This document shows, piece by piece, positions 60,610 through 64,000 of a DNA stretch of 64,000 nucleotides. Within the stretch, counting starts at the first letter, position 1, and every line of letters begins with the position of its first letter. The translations under genes and the position numbers were made by a program. Where the stretch lies: positions 29,388,001-29,452,000 of the forward strand of contig OZ024762.1 in NCBI GenBank assembly GCA_964016885.1. Direction: 5' to 3'. The notes under the pieces are model-generated. The model was not told the origin of the DNA, made no database searches, and worked only from the letters and a program-made list of their open reading frames with translations. Source of the DNA: Eledone cirrhosa. Lineage: Eukaryota.

Positions 60610-62100
60610 GTCAGATGTCAGGTTAGGGTGGTGGGTTGGCAGTATTGATAGAGGGTCAGGTTAGGGTGGTGAGTTGGCAGTAAGGGTAGAGGGTCAGATG
60701 TCAGGTTAGGGTGGTGGGTTGGCAGTAAGGGTAGAGGGTCAGATGTAAGGTTAGGGTGGTGGGTTAGCAGTAAGGGTAGAGGGTCAGATGTCAGGTTAGG
60801 GTGGTGGGTTGGCAGTATTGGTAGAGGGTCAGATGTCAGGTTAGGGTGGTGGGTTGGCAGTAAGGGTAGATGGTCAGATGTCAGGTTAGGGTGGTGGGTT
60901 GGCAGTATTGGTAGAGGGTCAGATGTCAGGTTAGGGTGGTGGATTGGCAGTAAGGGTAGAGGCTCAGATGTCAGGTTAGGGTGGTGGGTTGGCAGTATTG
61001 GTAGAGGGTCAGATGTCAGGTTAGGGTGGTGGATTGGCAGTAAGGGTAGAGGGTCAGATGTCAGGTTAGGGTGGTGGGTTGGCAGTATTGGTAGAGGGTC
61101 AGATGTCAGGTTAGGGTGGTGGATTGGCAGTAAGCGTAGAGGGTCAGATGTCAGGTTAGGGTGGTGGGTTGGCAGTAAGGGTAGAGGGTCAGATGTCAGG
61201 TTAGGGTGGTGGGTTGGCAGTAAGGGTAGAGGGTCAGATGTCAGGTTAGGGTGGTGGGTTGGCAGTATTGGTAGAGGGTCAGATGTCAGGTTAGGGTGGT
61301 GGGTTGGCAGTATTGGTAGAGGGTCAGATGTCAGGTTAGGGTGGTGGGTTGGCAGTATTGGTAGAGGGTCAGATGTCAGGTTAGGGTGGTGGGTTGGCAG
61401 TAAGGGTAGAGAGTCAGACACCATGTTAGGGTGGTGGGTTTTCAGTAAGGGTAGAGGGTTAGACACCATGTTAGGGTGGTGGGTTGGCAGTAAGGGTAGA
61501 GGGTCAGATGTCAGGTTAGGGTGGTGGATTGGCAGTAAGGGTAGAGGGTCAGATGTCAGGTTAGTGTGGTGGGTTGGCAGTATTGGTAGAGGGTCAGATG
61601 TCATGTTAGGGTGGTGGATTGGCAGTAAGGGTAGAGGGTCAGATGTCAGGTTAGGGTGGCGGGTTGGCAGTATTGGTAGAGGGTCAGATGTCAGGTTAGG
61701 GTGGTGGGTTGGCAGTATTGGTAGAGGGTCAGATGTCAGGTTAGGGTGGTGGGTTGGCAGTATTGGTAGAGGGTCAGATGTCAGGTTAGGGTGGTAGATT
61801 GGTAGTAAGGGTAGAGGGTCAGATGTCATGTTAGGGTGGTAGATTTGCAGTATTGGTAGAGGGTCAGATGTCATGTTAGGGTGGTGGGTTGTTAGTAAGG
61901 GTAGAGGGTCAGATGTCAGGTTAGGGTGGTGGGTTGGCAGTAAGGCTAGAGGGTCAGATGCCATGTTAGGGTGGTAGATTTGCAGTATTGGTAGAGGGTC
62001 AGATGTCATGTTAGGGTGGTGGGTTGGCAGTAAGGGTAGAGGGTCAGACACCATGTTAGGGTGGTGGGTTGGCAGTATTGGTAGAGGGTCAGATGTCAGG
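60610..62100 (+). repeat. Dispersed copy of the block that begins at about 31050 and 35440
   Basis: Starts with ATTGATAGAGGGTCAGG (7-bp deletion) and GGTGAGTTGG, then TTAGCAG, AGATGGTC, GGAT and AGGCTC in the same order. Minus-strand ORF ends are identical at 31047, 35436 and 60618. Confidence 0.85.
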
Positions 62101-64000
62101 TTAGGGTGGTGGGTTGGCAGTATTGGTAGAGGGTCAGATGTCAGGTTAGGGTGGTGGGTTGGCAGTATTGGTAGAGGGTCAGATGTCATGTTAGGGTGGT
62201 GGATTGGCAGTAAGGGTAGAGGGTCAGATGTCATGTTAGGGTGGTGGGTTGGCAGTATTGGTAGAGGGTCAGATATCAGGTTAGGGTGGTGGGTTGGCAG
62301 TAAGGGTAGAGGGTCAGATGTCAGGTTAGGGTGGTGGGTTGGCAGTAAGGGTAGAGTGTCAGATGTCATGTTAGGGTGGTGGGTTTGCAGTATTGGTAGA
62401 GGGTCAGATGTCAGGTTAGGGTGGTGGGTTGGCAGTATTGGTAGAGGGTCACATGTCAGGTTAGGGTGGTGGGTTGGCAGTATTGGTAGAGGGTCAGATG
62501 TCAGGTTAGGGTGGTTGGTTGGCAGTATTGGTAGAGGGTCACATGTCATGTTAGGGTGGTGGGTTGGCAGTATTGGTAGAGGGTCAGACGTCAGGTTAGG
62601 GTGGTGGGTTGGCAGTATTGGTAGAGGGTCAGATGTCAGGTTAGGGTGGTGGGTTGGCAGTATTGGTAGAGAGTCAGATGTCATGTTAGTGTGGTAGATT
62701 GGTAGTAAGGGTAGAGGGTTAGATGTCATGTTAGGGTGGTGGGTTGGCAGTATTGGTAGAGGGTCAGATATCAGGTTAGGGTGGTGGGTTGGCAGTAAGG
62801 GTAGAGGGTCAGATGTCAGGTTAGGGTGGTGGGTTGGCAGTAAGGGTAGAGTGTCAGATGTCATGTTAGGGTGGTGGGTTGGCAGTAAGGGTAGAGGGTC
62901 AGATGTCAGGTTATGGTGGTGGGTTGGCAGTATTGGTAGAGGGTCAGATGTCAGGTTAGGGTGGTGGGTTGGCAGTATTGGTAGAGGGTCAGATATCATG
63001 TTATGGTGGTGGGTTGGCAGTATTGGTAGAGGGTCAGATGTCATGTAGGGTGGTGGGTTGGCAGTATTGGTAGAGGGTCAGATGTCAGGTTAGGGTGGTA
63101 GATTGGCAGTATTGGTAGAGGGTCAGATGTCAGGTTAGGGTGGTGGTTTGGCAGTAAGGGTAGAGGGTCAGATGTCAGGTTAGGGTGGTGGGTTGGCAGT
63201 AAGGGTAGAGGGTCAGATGTCATGTTAGGGTGGTGGGTTTGCAGTATTGGTAGAGGGTCAGATGTCAGGTTAGGGTGGTGGGTTGGCAGTATTGGTAGAG
63301 GGTCACATGTCAGGTTAGGGTGGTGGTTTGGCAGTATTGGTAGAGGGTCAGATGTCATGTTAGGGTGGTGGTTTGGCAGTATTGGTAGAGTGTCAGATGT
63401 CATGTTAGGGTGGTGGTTTGGCAGTAAGGGTAGAGGGTCAGATGTCATGTTAGGGTGGTGGGATGGCAGTAAGGGTAGAGGGTCAGATGTCATGTTAGGG
63501 TGGTGGGTTGGCAGTATTGGTAGAGGGTCAGACGCCATGTTAGGGTGGTGGGTTGTCAGTATTGGTAGAGGGTCAGATGTCATGTTAGGGTGGTGGGTTG
63601 GCAGTATTGGTAGAGGGTCAGATGTCATGTTAGGGTGGTGGGTTGGCAGTATTGGTAGAGGGTCAGATGTCAGGTTAGGGTGGTGGGTTGGCAGTAAGGG
63701 AAGAGGGTCAGATGTCAGGTTAGGGTGGTGGGTTGCCAGTATTGGTAGAGGGTCAGATGTCAGGTTAGGGTGGTGGGTTGGCAGTATTGGTAGAGGGTCA
63801 GATGTCAGGTTAGGGTGGTGGGTTGGCAGTATTGGTAGAGGGTCAGATGTCAGGTTAGGGTGGTGGGTTGGCAGTAAGGGTAGAGGGTCAGATGTCAGGT
63901 TAGGGTGGTGGGTTGGCAGTATTGGTAGAGGGTCAGATGTCATGTTAGGTTGGTGGGTTGGCAGTATTGGTAGAGGATCAGATGTCAGGTTAGGGTGGTA

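Larger units (their letters stand above)
1..64000 (+). repeat. 45-bp G-rich tandem satellite/minisatellite array (about 1,420 units) with one TTAGGG per unit
   Basis: Unit GTTAGGGTGGTGGGTTGGCAGTAAGGGTAGAGGGTCAGATGTCAG (e.g. 226-270) repeats head-to-tail throughout with no inversion or foreign insert. Common dimorphisms are at unit positions 24-25 (AG/TT) and 45 (G/T). The AG/G unit has G22 T11 A9 C3. Confidence 0.99.

Noticed and set aside
84-63048. Plus-strand ORFs encoding (LGWWVGSKGRGSDVR)n
   Set aside because: They are a by-product of a 45-bp unit lacking a stop in one frame. They are repeatedly broken by TGG->TAG/TGA changes and frameshifts, have no unique domains, and are mirrored by equally long antisense ORFs.
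1858-63943. Minus-strand ORFs as a real mucin/extensin-like CDS
   Set aside because: No non-repetitive N- or C-terminus is visible. The only single-step nonsense changes available both occur and were amplified, and 7-bp and 1-bp frameshifts are tolerated. Not annotated as CDS.
1-64000. CRISPR array
   Set aside because: Units are directly adjacent with no unique spacers, no leader and no cas genes.
1-64000. Canonical telomerase-synthesised telomere tract
   Set aside because: TTAGGG never occurs in tandem. The 45-bp unit is longer than telomerase-templated repeats I know of, and variants are inherited in multi-kb blocks, which indicates recombinational amplification.
1-64000. Immunoglobulin class-switch region (G-rich units of similar length)
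   Set aside because: The consensus lacks AGCT/GAGCT motifs (AGCT appears only in a rare variant, e.g. about 41042), and the array is far longer than typical switch regions.
1-64000. The AG/TT and G/T allele string as an information-bearing code
   Set aside because: The recurring patterns I could follow are accounted for by nested duplications. I found no fixed short period or independent signal by eye, though a formal test was not possible.

Overview
The whole 64 kb window is one uninterrupted, single-orientation tandem array of a 45-bp G-rich unit (about 1,420 copies by length), consensus GTTAGGGTGGTGGGTTGGCAGTA[AG/TT]GGTAGAGGGTCAGATGTCA[G/T], running off both ends. I see no unique sequence, credible gene, RNA gene, transposon or CRISPR spacer. 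The long ORFs (LGWWVGSKGRGSDVR on +, LTSDPLPLLPTHHPN on -) arise because the unit length is a multiple of 3. The structure of interest lies inside the array. Each unit carries one TTAGGG and parses into degenerate telomere-like subunits (two related 20-mers plus TCAGG). The main AG/TT dimorphism adds or removes the fourth GGG tract of a possible G-quadruplex. Rare variants reveal nested higher-order duplications (83 bp, 1080 bp, about 2.35 kb, 3015 bp, about 4.35 kb, 4.1-6.6 kb and 9585 bp) and two sub-domains that meet near 31-36 kb. The best reading is a eukaryotic telomere-related (subtelomeric or interstitial) satellite; host and chromosomal position cannot be determined from this window. 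Higher-order repeat boundaries were read by eye from marker variants and ORF offsets, and are approximate to about one unit.
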